From the NCBI RefSeq assembly GCF_964355755.1, contig NC_092675.1, positions 9,791,812 to 9,855,811 of the forward strand: DNA of 64,000 nucleotides. Reading direction: 5' to 3'. Position 1 is the first letter of the stretch. Each line of letters starts with the position of its first letter. The position numbers and the translations under genes were made by a program. Of this stretch, positions 1 to 11,966 are shown piece by piece. The DNA comes from Antedon mediterranea (lineage: Eukaryota > Animalia > Echinodermata). The notes under the pieces were generated by a model that worked only from the letters and a program-made list of their open reading frames with translations, had not been told where the DNA came from and ran no database searches.

Positions 1-439
1 TCATAGCACTCCTAAAAATAGCACAAAATATATTATGGCCTAATTCGGAATAGGAATTAATTTATAGAATTTCAACTAATGATTCTTAGTGTAGGCCGAC
101 ATTCTAATTGTGTTTTTGTACAAATAGTTGTTATTCCCTAGGAAATTGGCCTAATCAATCATCTTTAAAACTCTTTTTTTTATTATGATTTAATCTTTCC
201 AAATACGTTGGAAAAAGATAAACAAAGATAAAATAAATTACAATTTGCCAATAAATCAGTCAAACGAAACATAAAGAACACTCTTAAAATGACAACATTG
301 TAAAAGTAAGCCTAAAGTCCTCTGCATGCATAATTACAGTGCAACATTATATTTTAAAACAATTTTTATCATATAGGCCTACTTCGCATAACACAATTTG
401 GTGTTTTATCGTTATTGTTATTTATTTATATATTTTGTG

Positions 440-1200
440 GTATTGATGAGTCAAGTCATTGCTTAATGTTAAGTCTGCTGATATTACTATTCTTACTGAA
501 ACTTGGCAAATAGAGCAAATAAAAAATGTATACTTACCACCGAGTTCATAAACTAAGCGGTCTACGTTAAGGATACATTTTATTCCAAGATCATTGTCAC
601 TGTTCCAATAGGCCTACCAATAGCGAATATCAGTGAGTTTGGGGACACATTCACCCTAAAAGATTACCCCGAGATATATCTGGTATTATTGTTTGTGAAG
701 TGTATGTTCCAGCTGATCCTAATAAGGATGAGATTATGAACTACCTTACAGAATCTGTTGATAAGTTAAAAACAGAAATACCCTAAATATGTAAATAAAC
801 CAACCAGGAACGCTGCCATGTTAGTACTATAGTAAGTAAATACAACAAATATCATGTGATCTAATCACCAATAGGTATGAGTGATCATAATGTTGTTGTT
901 TGGCCGCCTAGTGTTCAAGACAAAGAAAGTGCTTTTTATAGTATTTTAGTTTTTTTTCAGTTTTTTCCAATACAATCGTTTAAACTTCACTCAAGCGACA
1001 AGCCCTGGGTGAATAAGATGGTGACAGACCTTATTTTAAAACTGCAAGAATGTTTTGCTAATGAGGGCAAGTCAATCAATGGAAACACTCGAAACCGTGT
1101 CCTCAAACAACAAAGGCATATAATTAGGAAATCATCACGGGTTTCTGATATTGCTTAAAAAGCAAAATATTTTGCAACAACTGGGTGGCATCTTCAGTCA
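440..1200 (+). mobile_element. Degenerate LINE relic (APE-endonuclease region, CR1/L2 group)
   Basis: Broken frames give DITILTETW (~480-510), IGMSDHNVVVW (871-903) and SSDKPWVN. These are typical LINE endonuclease and post-endonuclease motifs. No intact ORF. Confidence 0.45.
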
Positions 1201-1394
1201 AATATTAATAATGACAGTGACAATGACAGTGACAATTATTATTATTACAGTCATGTGTGGTCCTACATATCTTTAAAATAGTATCATGTCGATTGTGTTT
1301 TAATTTCTTATTAGTGTAAACTGTCATGTCCAAGTAATTCAAATGTTTTTATTTTCTGTGGCTGCTAATGTTTGATGGTCATGCCATTGTAAGT

Positions 1395-1992
1395 ATACAT
1401 TCTATTCCGTATTTTCTGCCAGTGTACCCGCAATGCTACTTTACATTCTATTCCGTATTTTCTGCCAATGTACCCGCAATGCTACTTTACATTCTATTCC
1501 GTATTTTCTGCCACTGTACCCGCAATGCTACTTTACATTCTATTCCGTATTTTCTGCCAGTGTACCCGCAATGCCACTTTACATTCTATTCCGTATTTTC
1601 TGCCAGTGTACCCGCAATGCTACTTTACATTCTATTCCGTATTTTCTGCCAGTGTACCCGCAATGCTACTTTACATTCTATTCCGTATTTTCTGCCAGTG
1701 TACCCGCAATGCTACTTTACATTCTATTCCGTATTTTCTGCCAGTGTACCCGCAATGCTACTTTACATTCTATTCCGTATTTTCTGCCAGTGTACCAGCA
1801 ATGCTACTTTACATTCTATTCCGTATATTCTGCCAGTGTACCCGCAATGCTACTTTACATTCTATTCCGTATTTTCTGCCAGTGTACCCGCAATGCTACG
1901 TTACATTCTATTCCGTATTTCCTGCCAGTGTACCCGCAATGCTACTTTACATTCTATTCCGTATTTTCTGCCAGTGTACCCGCAATGCTACT
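1395..1992. repeat. 46-bp minisatellite, ~13 near-identical copies
   Basis: Unit ttacattctattccgtattttctgccagtgtacccgcaatgctact (ttac at 1441 and 1487 gives period 46). Explains the three overlapping repetitive ORFs. Confidence 0.95.
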
Positions 1993-2110
1993 TTTTTCAT
2001 CATGATGCTTTCTATACTCTCTCTGGATAGAGTCTCCACACTATCTACATAATATCGGTGTTTCTGAAGTCTTTTCCATGCATACTATATTTCATTGCAT
2101 TCGTTCTTAA

Positions 2111-2704
2111 AGCTCAGGTACAGGCATGAATTTTAAATATAATATTTGGTTAATTGTACATAAATCAAATATTTGTAACAGAAATCAAGACGAAAAAACA
2201 TAAATTTCCTTTAATATGGTCAAATACAAAATTTGGCAAAATTCTTCCATAAAAAACAGAAAGACTTTTTTTCAGTAGTTAGGTAGTTAACCTAATGTAA
2301 TAACATGTCTGGTGACTCCCTAGACGGTGAAAAAAGATGGTGGATATACAGTGGATAATTTTTGCTATAGCATAAAAATAAAAAGCTGAAGTTGAATAAA
2401 AATATCAGAAATTGAATATTAAAGTTACATTACCTATATTTAGTCATCTGATAACATTTTTTACCACACCGTTTATTTTTCATAGCTTTTTAAAATGCCT
2501 CTCTATTTACAAAATTTGTGTACAAAAGAATAGAGATTTTACTGTGTAATTTGAACTATCCCCCCACTGATAAGAAAGTGCTTATTTTCAACAAGCTTGT
2601 GTAACACAAATAAAATCCCAAAAATTATGAAACATAGGGGAAACTATAGATCGATAATTATTGGAATGTATGATCAATAGAAATTGTTTGCCCGCACCTG
2701 GCCT
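2111..2704. mobile_element. Non-autonomous TIR element with TTAA TSD (Kolobok-like)
   Basis: TTAA at 2107-2110 and 2705-2708. Imperfect TIRs AGCTCAGGTACAGGCA / TGCCCGCACCTGGCCT. The empty site (ttcTTAAagctt) is seen in the paralogous relic at ~28465-28476. RR...YY termini with TTAA fit Kolobok rather than piggyBac. Confidence 0.75.
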
Positions 2705-4599
2705 TTAAAGCTTATTCTTGAGCAGCTAGTATCAAACAATCTTTCTCTAAGCCATCTCCGAGAATCTTCTCCTGATACGTCTGTTGTTTGTCGCACAAAC
2801 TCTCCATGTATGGCTTTCTTTTTGAGGCCTGGTTTTCTCTTCCTGCAACCTCTTCAGATAATCTTTAAGATTCCCTTTTTTATCTAACATCTTCTCCCTC
2901 AAAGCAGATTGTTATTGTTATTATTATTACTTGTTGTACAAATAATGTATAAAATATCTTTTTTACGTAATGTACTATTCGTTACCGTATTTCTATATGA
3001 CAATCAAGGTGCTTAGTTGTAAGTAGATTATTCCTTATGCATATAGATAATAATCTACAAAAAAACAGCTTTCCTTCATTTTAATGCGATAATCAAAATC
3101 AGTATATAAGATCATTTTCTCTCGTGATTGTTAATAGGCCTATCTAAGAAGGTTTTGGTACAGATTCTGGTCATAACTTCTTTTTTTTAAACTTCAGCTG
3201 TTGTTTACAGTTGAGATTAATAAAATCCGTTTAGAAACGTGTTGAGTGGGCGAAATGATTAAAAAAAGAGGTGACAATGTTGATGATTTTAGGGTTCGTT
3301 TTAAGGTGAGCCCAAATAATTTATAAATATTTTGAACTTGTATTTCTGCTTTTAAAAAGATATGGAAAATATTGTGGATAATCATGATTTGGGTCAGGGG
3401 CACATCTATTTTTCTCAATACAAAAAAACTTCATGTAATCAGTGATGATTATTTTGGTTGGTAATGTCAGTAAAAATATGTCATTGAACTTCAAACATGA
3501 GATTAGTATTAATGGATGTCACAAGACAAATGTTAATTTATCTAAATGTCTGGAGATTTTTTTTATAATTGGCGGCTAAACTGTTGAGTGCTATTATGGA
3601 TAGTAGTTTTACACATTGTCATTGTCTAATCATTATTAACTTGTATTAATAGTTTGCGCAAATGGATCACAGGCTTACGTCATTGTAATCGGTTAATTAC
3701 CTTTCATTTTCCAACAGAAGAAACGTAATATAAAGGCAGGTAAAGGTTAAGGCATGCAGCAATTTAACTCATCAAGTAAATATTATAATTGCTTGTCTTA
3801 TCGGTCTACTACACTTTTCCAACATTCACATTGTTTTTGTTGTCGGAGCATAATTTATTAAAACGTTTCGTGCAATTTGAAGTCTCCAATTTAATTGGAT
3901 TTATGAATATTTTGGAAGAAAGTTTAATTGGTTATCAATAAAATGTCTTATGTTTTCTTTGGATTAAAAAAAAAAATTATCGTCGCTTAGTATAAACGGG
4001 TCTTTACGTCAAAGTGGGATAAAACAAAAAGCGTCTTGTCATTTGATGGAAGTAAATACATTTCATTGAATGGGGAGAATATTTTGAAAGATTGACGTTC
4101 GATTCGTTTTTTTGTCAATCAATATAGAAGTTGACAACAAATCACATGTTAATTAGAAAAGATCAAATCATGTGTATTAATGAATTCTTATTTTATTTCT
4201 TGAAATCCTAATTACTTTAGAACTCCACTACAACCTAAGAAACTACTATATGTTTCTTTGTTTTTATATTAAATCGTTAAATCATTATCGCGATACTTGT
4301 TTATTTGAAAGTCATGAAAAGGGGATAACGGATTTCATTACATGGATTTTAAATGCCAACATAATAATAGTTTTAGACAATTTAGTTGGTAAATTGTAAA
4401 TGCCAATACCAACATTGATCAAATGCCATCGGTCACTCGAGTCAGTAATAATCTATTTGAGAGTTTTCTTTTCTAAAAGTGTGTTATTCAAAATCTGTGG
4501 GCATGAATTCTGATTCACTATTGTAGTCAAATTAATTTTTATGTGTCATTTCAAACAACAAAATAACAAATTATGTACGTACATTTATTTTATGTGTTT

Positions 4600-6148
4600 A
4601 ATGATAATAAATGAAAACTTATATAGCGCCGGTATCCTCCACCCATGTGGCGCTCATGGCGCTTTGTGCATTAACAACGTGCGAGAACATCAGCGAATAG
4701 CGACGTCTTTAGGTTGGTCTTGAAACTGTTTAGACTAGTTGAGCATTTAACTGTTGCTGGTAAGCTGTTCCATACACTTGCGGCCGCAACGTAAAAAGAT
4801 CTCTGACCCCACTGATTTTTCGCTCTACGCTCTTGAAGAAGGTTTTGTGACAATGATCGTAGGCCTCTGCGGGATGATTCGTAACGATCCACAAGGTCAG
4901 ATAAATAAGCAGGAGCACTGTCATTTAGGATCTTGAATACAAACAACGCAAGTTTGTACTTAATACGTTGTTGAACAGGCAACCAATGCAAATCCATCAG
5001 GACAGGAGTTATGTGAGCGTTTGATTTTGTATAAGTTACAATTCTAGCTGCCATATTTTGCAAGCGCTGCAAACGTTGTATTTGAGATTTTGGTATGCCA
5101 AACAACAAGGCATTACCAATGTCAATTTTAGAAGTGACAAATGAGTGTACAATCAATTCAGCTGTTTTCTTGTTAAGATTACCGCGAATACGACCAAGGT
5201 TCCTAATCGATATGCATGCTGCTTTGGATACAGTTGTTATTTGTGCTTCCATAGTGAGATTACTATCCAGCATGATTCCCAGATTCCGGACCACCGATGA
5301 GGGAGCGATGTTAGAGTTTCCGATTCTGATATGTGTGATGTTGATTTTGGAGATGTTACATTTAGACCCGACGATAATAAACTCTGTCTTTCCATCATTC
5401 AACTTTAGGTAATTTGTTGTCATCCAATTGCGAACATCTTCTATACAGGCTTCCATCTTACTGATTGCTGCAGCAACATCCCTTTGCACTGGATTTACTG
5501 ATACATAAATCTGTGTATCATCTGCATAGAAATGGAAATGTAGACTGTGTTTGCGAATAATGTCACCAAGGGGAAGCGTATAAATGGAAAACTGGCCAGG
5601 CCCAATTACTGACCCATGTGGTACACCATATTCCAGGCAAGCTTCATCTGAGAATGCATCATTGATACAGACTAGCTGACGTCTTCCTGTAAGATATGAC
5701 TGGAACCAGTTAAGAGCAACACCATTTATGCCAATGCGATTTCTCAGACGGGTTATCAGTCTTTGGTGATCAACTGTATCAAACGCTGCTGACAAATCCA
5801 ACAACACCAATAGCGTTATTTTCCCATCATTCATTCCTTGTAACAAATCATTCTGTACCTTTAAAAGGGAACTCTCCGTGCTATGACATGCACGATATGC
5901 CGACTGGTAATTCTCATTTAAATTATGCTTTTGAAGATATGGAGTAATGCGTGATGTCACTACACGCTCCAGAGTCTTTCCAAGAAAAGAAAGATTCGAC
6001 ACCGGGCGGTAATTTTTCAGCGTGTTATGATCCAAGTTTTGCTTTTTTATTAAAGGACGAACGTGAGCAATTTTCAGTTCATCTGGCACTATGCCGGTGT
6101 TAAGAGAATGGTTAATGATTTCCGTTATTATTGGAACGACTGCGTCTT
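4600..6148 (-). mobile_element. 5'-truncated L2-clade LINE with an uninterrupted reverse-transcriptase frame
   Basis: ORF 4671-6212 has NYRPVSNL, LLDLSAAFDTVDH, GVPHGS, YADD and HITPVLMDLHWLP. L2-type 3' tail agcgcc...ggcgctatataag plus an (ATT)-rich end near 4600. The first ~22 codons of the called ORF are flanking DNA. Confidence 0.9.
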
Positions 6149-6893
6149 TATTCACATGTATTTTGCTCGTTCGTTTGTGAGGTTTTATTGAATGATTTAT
6201 CCACTGCCTCAAACCAGGGAATAGTGTAATTTTCTTCTCTTCACTGAATTTTTGTTTCTTTATTATAATATTTCTTTTATTACTTCAATTATTGTTTTGT
6301 CTATTTAATATTTATTTCTATTTGTGGCGCACTGGACATTATGAGTACACATATCAAGCTAAAGAATTGGTCGACATCTTTTTCTCATTTTTAATTAACT
6401 TTCTTTATTTCTAATTTACGGCTTTATGTTATCTGTTGAAATAAAGATTGAGTCGTTGAACGCTGATTACCTTTAAATTGTCGTCATCATAAACTTTAGA
6501 AAGATAATTAACACGACTGCAATCTTTAATATGTCAACATTGTACTAAAATACAATATTTACGTTATTTTTAGTTAATATGGTAAGATAGCGCAACAGAG
6601 GAAAGAGAGTGTGCCAACGTGGGTTTGACAGAATTGCTATCTCTTGGGAATTTATGAATTATTAATTTCCAATTGAAAACAAAAGTTATAAACTCCTAAA
6701 TAACATAATTTATTTATTGTCTACATTCAACAATACGATACAATAATATTATAAAGATGATGGATGAAACATGAAAAAACGACTACATTGCCTCTTGATC
6801 CAGCTGTAACCAGTTCAAATCCTAATGTGGATCATGATCTGAGAATGCATTGTTTTTTTTTTATTTATGACCGAAGCATTATACTGATGTAGT

Positions 6894-7094
6894 GGAGCTG
6901 TAGCTTGGTGGTTACATGCTTGCCCTCCAATCCCAATGTCTTGAGTTCAATCCTGACTTAGTGCCAAGGTTGTAACTCTTTCAACTCCCCACCCTAAGCT
7001 TCAAATGATACTTGGTTTATAAGCATGATGCATTATAAAATAGTTTATCCATCCTGTAATTGGCAAAATACTTTCTGTTGGTTGCGTAAAAAAA
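6894..7094 (+). mobile_element. tRNA-derived SINE (family A), degenerate copy
   Basis: A box tagcttggtgg and B box gagttcaatcc. Shares its head and the aaatagtttatccatcctgtaattggc tail with 16045-16304. Confidence 0.75.
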
Positions 7095-8438
7095 TCACTT
7101 TATTTCGTCCTCAGTAGGAAAATATTTTGAGTCCACTTCATAGTATAGTACATACAATATTTTAAACATTTGGTTAAGTTAAAATAATTAACATATTTAA
7201 GAACACTATTTTGATGATGCAAAATACACACATACCAACCAGTAATACTGACGGGTTTCGTACATGCCTTTTTTCTTCTTTTTTTCTTTCTTTTTTTACA
7301 ATTTAATTAATCGGAAGTTTAAAATGTGAGGTCAATTAAGAGATATTATTCTATTCTGTTGGATAAATGCCTTTATTTCTCCATTGAGTTATCTAAAGTT
7401 TGTTTTGTATAATTCATTCATATAATTATATGCAACTTGAAAAATGCATGTCATTTATTCAGTGAAAACAAAATATGTAGAATCAGTGCCTTGTTGTTTG
7501 AGCTTTGCATTTGTAAAAAAACACGAATATCTGAGATATGTTTGTAACGATTTTACAGGAACCTTTTTTTTATTTTGATTTATGAATGCTTGGAAAAGTC
7601 TCCCAAAGAGGCCAGATAGACATATAACCGTTAAGGCTATGTTTAGCGGCCTACTCCTTAACTAAGTTACTTAAAATATTGTAAAGGTTGCTTTTAAAGG
7701 ATAACAAGGTTTGTGGATCAACAACAGATTGATGCAACGTGTTCCGGAGTGAAATTACAAATGGATAGCCTGTGAACGAGGTATTTGAGTTGTGAATACT
7801 TGCTGATCGACGTTTGTTGAAACAAAATATCAGGAGGAATAATGAATAGGCCTAAATCTAACAAAACGAAAAATAAACATTTCGTTTCAAGATCTGCTTG
7901 ATTTTTGGTATTAAGGTAAACACTTTATAGTCTTGCTTTATTCATTTCTTTCTTTTTTTTAATTGTATATTATAATTAGAAAACGGAAATTACAAACTTA
8001 ATTGGTATGCTTTAGGCCTACCGTAATTGGAGATTAAATTATACAGTAGCTATAGTATTTGAATATCCTAAATCAAGCAGGTATATTTCAACTAATGAAT
8101 ATTGAAAAATCAATATTTTCCCAGAGGAAGGCTAATATTACATTACATTTCATTTCGAAACCTGAGCTGCACTGACGAGATCTAATAAGATCGAAACAGT
8201 ACTGTCTGCAGATTTGATATATATATATATAAATCCAAAGGCAAATTACTGAAAAAAATGACAAAGCTGTGGGTATCAGTGGCTGGATCTCAATGGAGAT
8301 ACATAAAAAAAGCGAAAAGCTAAATCAAAACGATAAAGTAAACAGCCAGAAAAGTAAGCAGAGCTTTCGGGCAACACTAGCCCTTATATATATTTACAGT
8401 AGTTCATTATTTATGTTTAGCCTACATATAAAAATACA

Positions 8439-8640
8439 TTTTAGTCGCGTGTAACTACAGCTCACTATGTCGGTCGGTTGGTCGGTAAACACTCAGATTC
8501 AGATTTCAGATTTAGATAACATTTATTCAGATAATAATGAATGAACATTATACAAAATAGAAAAAAGAGATTAAAGTGTACATAGACAAAGCAGTAATTG
8601 GTAGTCATTACGCGACTACAGCCATGTATATGGCCTTGTT
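8439..8640 (-). mobile_element. DINE-1/HINE-like interspersed repeat containing a short LINE-tail insertion
   Basis: Reverse strand reads aacaaggccatatacatggctgtagtcgcg...(GACC)n...acatagtgagctgtag...cgcgactaaaa, the same family as the 24405, 28695, 46336 and 48800 copies. An (ATCTGA)n/AATAAA tail sits at ~8495-8530. Confidence 0.6.
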
Positions 8641-11554
8641 CATGTTTTGTGGGGACATTAACAAATTTGTTAGTTCTTAAACATATTTTATACTTATATT
8701 CTTTTCTTTATACATTATCATTTAACAAAATTGATGTTTCATAGTCTTATTAACTTAGATTCTTTTTGTTCTCTTTTAATTTATCTCTTTAAACACATAT
8801 GCACTGATGAAGGGATAGTGTTGCTCTAAAGCTCTGCTAACTGTACTGGCTATTTTACTTTATCGTTTTGATTTAGCTGTTCGCTTTTTTGTATCTCTAG
8901 AGATACCCACAAAATTTGCTGGATTTTTATATATAGATGAGGGCGTATCAATTTGATCTCTGGCAGAGCCATATATATATGGCGCTGATCTCTGGTGCGC
9001 GTGCGTACAATTGACTAGTGCTGTTCCGCCGTACCACGCCGAGAATGTTGAATAGTCGCTATCCAATCGGGTTTCCCATGAAAGGTATGGTTGGAAGGTC
9101 CTGGTTCGAATCTCGATTGGGGTGACTTCTTCTCATTCTCACATAGACTTGCCCCAAGTCTGTATTATCTTTTTTTTTTATCTATTTGTTTTTATTTCGA
9201 CCGCAATTTTTGTCTGAAAATACAGACTTGTGAAACACGTATAGAAATCGATTTGCAGACCGCAAACATCCGATAAGAATGACGTAGGTTATCATACCGT
9301 ATTTGGCTATATGGGGCGGGCGGTATGTAAATATGGATTTCGAATCAACCAATGATCATTTTGTTTCAAAATGAAAAAGATCGAGTACGTGCAGTGCTGA
9401 ATGTACGATCGAGACTGTTGAAATATAAAATCGTAATGCCAAGTTGTTTTTTTTTTTATTAATTGTTTAGTCCTTGGCCTAGGCCTCTTTCGTAGGTCCT
9501 ACTCAATTCGCACGTATGACCTGCCAAATAAAACGCCAATAAAGTAGGCCTACATACCACCACCAGCACACAACAGGTCTACACACCACCACACAGCAGG
9601 ACAGGGTCTGGGTGGGAATTAAATCAAAATTATCTCCGCGTAATAAATGATCCATTCAATGTTTGATTTGCGGATTTGCTAGCCTATCATATCAAGACTA
9701 GTTTTCATGTTCTTGGGAAAAATTCCATCAAATGTTTACCAGACTACTAGGCTGCTAGGCATATAAAATAATTTCCAGCCTTCAGAAACTTTCATAAATG
9801 TACCCAAGTACACATTGTCTAAACGTAACATAGCGCATGCGCATCATCTTAGTTGTTGAGTCTTTGAAATTCTGAAATATGAATATTAAAACGGAGTACG
9901 AGTGAGTAGCCAATCGCATGCAGCTGAAATTAGTCAACTGGATAATCGTATGCACCAAGAATTCTTGGTTTCAAACCATGTGACTTGTGCGTGTTTCCCC
10001 AGACGGAGTATCCATAATCAAGTAGTATACGTATGAAACGACATATATGCCAAAATATTTATCTTTTTACTAATATTAAGACAAAACTCCGTCTGGAACC
10101 CAGACTAATTCTCACAGTAAGAATGAGAAAAATTCGCCCCAACCTTCTGCTTTATTATACTAATCAATAAACTGGAAATATGCAGACTCAGCTGGTCCAA
10201 CGTTGCCAACGTCCCGTGTACGACGATAAAATAGGCGACAAAAGGTAGATGTAGGCCTAATAATTACGATTCTGTACCAACGAAAAGCTGGTAATTATTC
10301 GGCGGATTAGTAGATAATGAAGAATACTACGTTCAAACATCAGGTATAACATAGGATTGTGTAGAGCCGCTCAGGGCTATAGTATTACTAGAATAAAAAC
10401 GTAGCATAATGGTATTAATAATTTCACCTTACTTAAACGAATAATTCTCATTCCCATTGTTAAAATACAGGTGGCATAGCCGATGTAGACATACGATTTT
10501 GTTGGCCTACGTGCTAAGAATAAAAGCAAACGAATAAACATAAGGCCTACACTACACATTTTAGAAAGATATAACAATACAGTTATAAAGCCTACGTAAA
10601 TCATACTATTGTTTATTATTACAAATGGAAGTGACTTTTTCACGTGGCTTTCTTTTACTTGAAAATTATGCTTAACCTATCTATTTCCACAATAGTCAAA
10701 GCGAAAATATGTATTTAGGAAAAATAAAAACACCCTTGTAACAATTAAAAACAAAAATAAACCATACTCTATCTCATTATCATAGTCTCTTCCTATAATC
10801 TGATTAAGCATAAATACCTGCAGAATTACATATTTCTTATATTTTTTCAGAATTTAGCAATTGTAGGAGTTTCATTTTTTCCCAATAAACCCTAATATCT
10901 TAATTTTAGAAATACAGAATTCTCCTAAAGTGTATATATATATATTAATGTAATAGTTGTCAGTTTCAAATTTTAAAAAAACAGGAAAATGTGTGTTTAC
11001 TGCTCTAATTATTTTGTTTATCTCTCTCCGTAGACATGTTACTGTTATACACTCTGCTAACATGTTTATCATTCTCAATAACTTTGCATGTGTCGCAATT
11101 TGGAGAATTTACCAGGATCCACCAAATTAAATTTTGCCAGTTTTTTTTTCTTTAAAACCAAAAACTTTCTTAACCCATATTTTCTTCCATCAGTTTACCA
11201 TATATAAATTCCCACATAACATGTGCCGTTGGTTAAATATATTTAGCATATATTATGAGTACCGTATTATTATATTATTTATCTTTTTAAAAGTGTGATT
11301 TATTTCTTTAATTCCAAAATTGTAATTTATGTAATTAATGCTTATACATTTAAATGATAACGGAATGATAGGGGTGAATAGACATAATAATTTATAGTTA
11401 ATGTTCACTTTCTAGATTTCCTGTCTCTTTGTTGTTTTTTTCTTATATTTGCTATATATTTTTTAATGTTTAAATGAGACCAAAAAAAGGAATGAAACAA
11501 GATAGAAGATGGGTTTAATGTAGCTGAAGTATTAAATCTAAATTGTACATATCT

Positions 11555-11966
11555 AAGTTCGTTAGGGAACATATCACATCTGTCCTAAGAAAACTTCATA
11601 GGACTCATATTTCACAGAGAATCAAAGTTGGTATTTATCTTCAAATCCCTGAATTATTCCTCACCTGATTTTATTTCGAATTCTATTCATCCCTATTTTC
11701 TTAAGAAGTCTCTGCGATTTTGTTTAGAGTATCTACTCGCTCATTCCATCGATCCGTCAACAAAGAATTACGGTTTTTGTTTCTTTTCTTGGGCCTATGT
11801 TGCCAATGTCTATCTGTCAGGCTACCACAATGCTTATTTTAAAGCTGCTCTGCAAACTCACCTTTTTAACTCATTTTCACCCTCTCAGTTTCCACTTTTC
11901 TTTTAAAGCGCGTTGAGGCTTTGGATAATGTACTATATAAGCCCCATTTATTGTTTTATTATTATT
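11555..11966 (+). mobile_element. Old L2 LINE 3' fragment
   Basis: Broken translation REHITSVLRKLH...QRIK...FKSLN...FKAALQTHLF resembles the C-terminus of the 4671-6212 ORF. Ends in aaagcgcgttgag...ctatataag...ttattattatt. Confidence 0.65.

Larger units (their letters stand above)
1250..2930 (-). mobile_element. Relic of an RLE-type (R4/Dong-like) non-LTR retrotransposon, interrupted by a minisatellite and a MITE
   Basis: Aligns by eye, colinearly, with 28130-28675 (e.g. gtcgattgtgttttaatttctta; ctttctatactctctctg; cttgagcagctagtatcaaac; ctaagccatctcc). That copy encodes a CCHC finger and the NRPD motif on the minus strand. Confidence 0.65.

Noticed and set aside
1368-2052. Three overlapping ~200-aa ORFs; CRISPR-like regularity
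   Set aside because: Head-to-tail 46-bp repeat with no unique spacers in a eukaryotic context. The ORFs are a by-product of a stop-free unit.
7660-7920. Possible distant 5' UTR exon of the opsin (donor-like aag|gtaaac at ~7915)
   Set aside because: A single splice-like motif with no supporting evidence.
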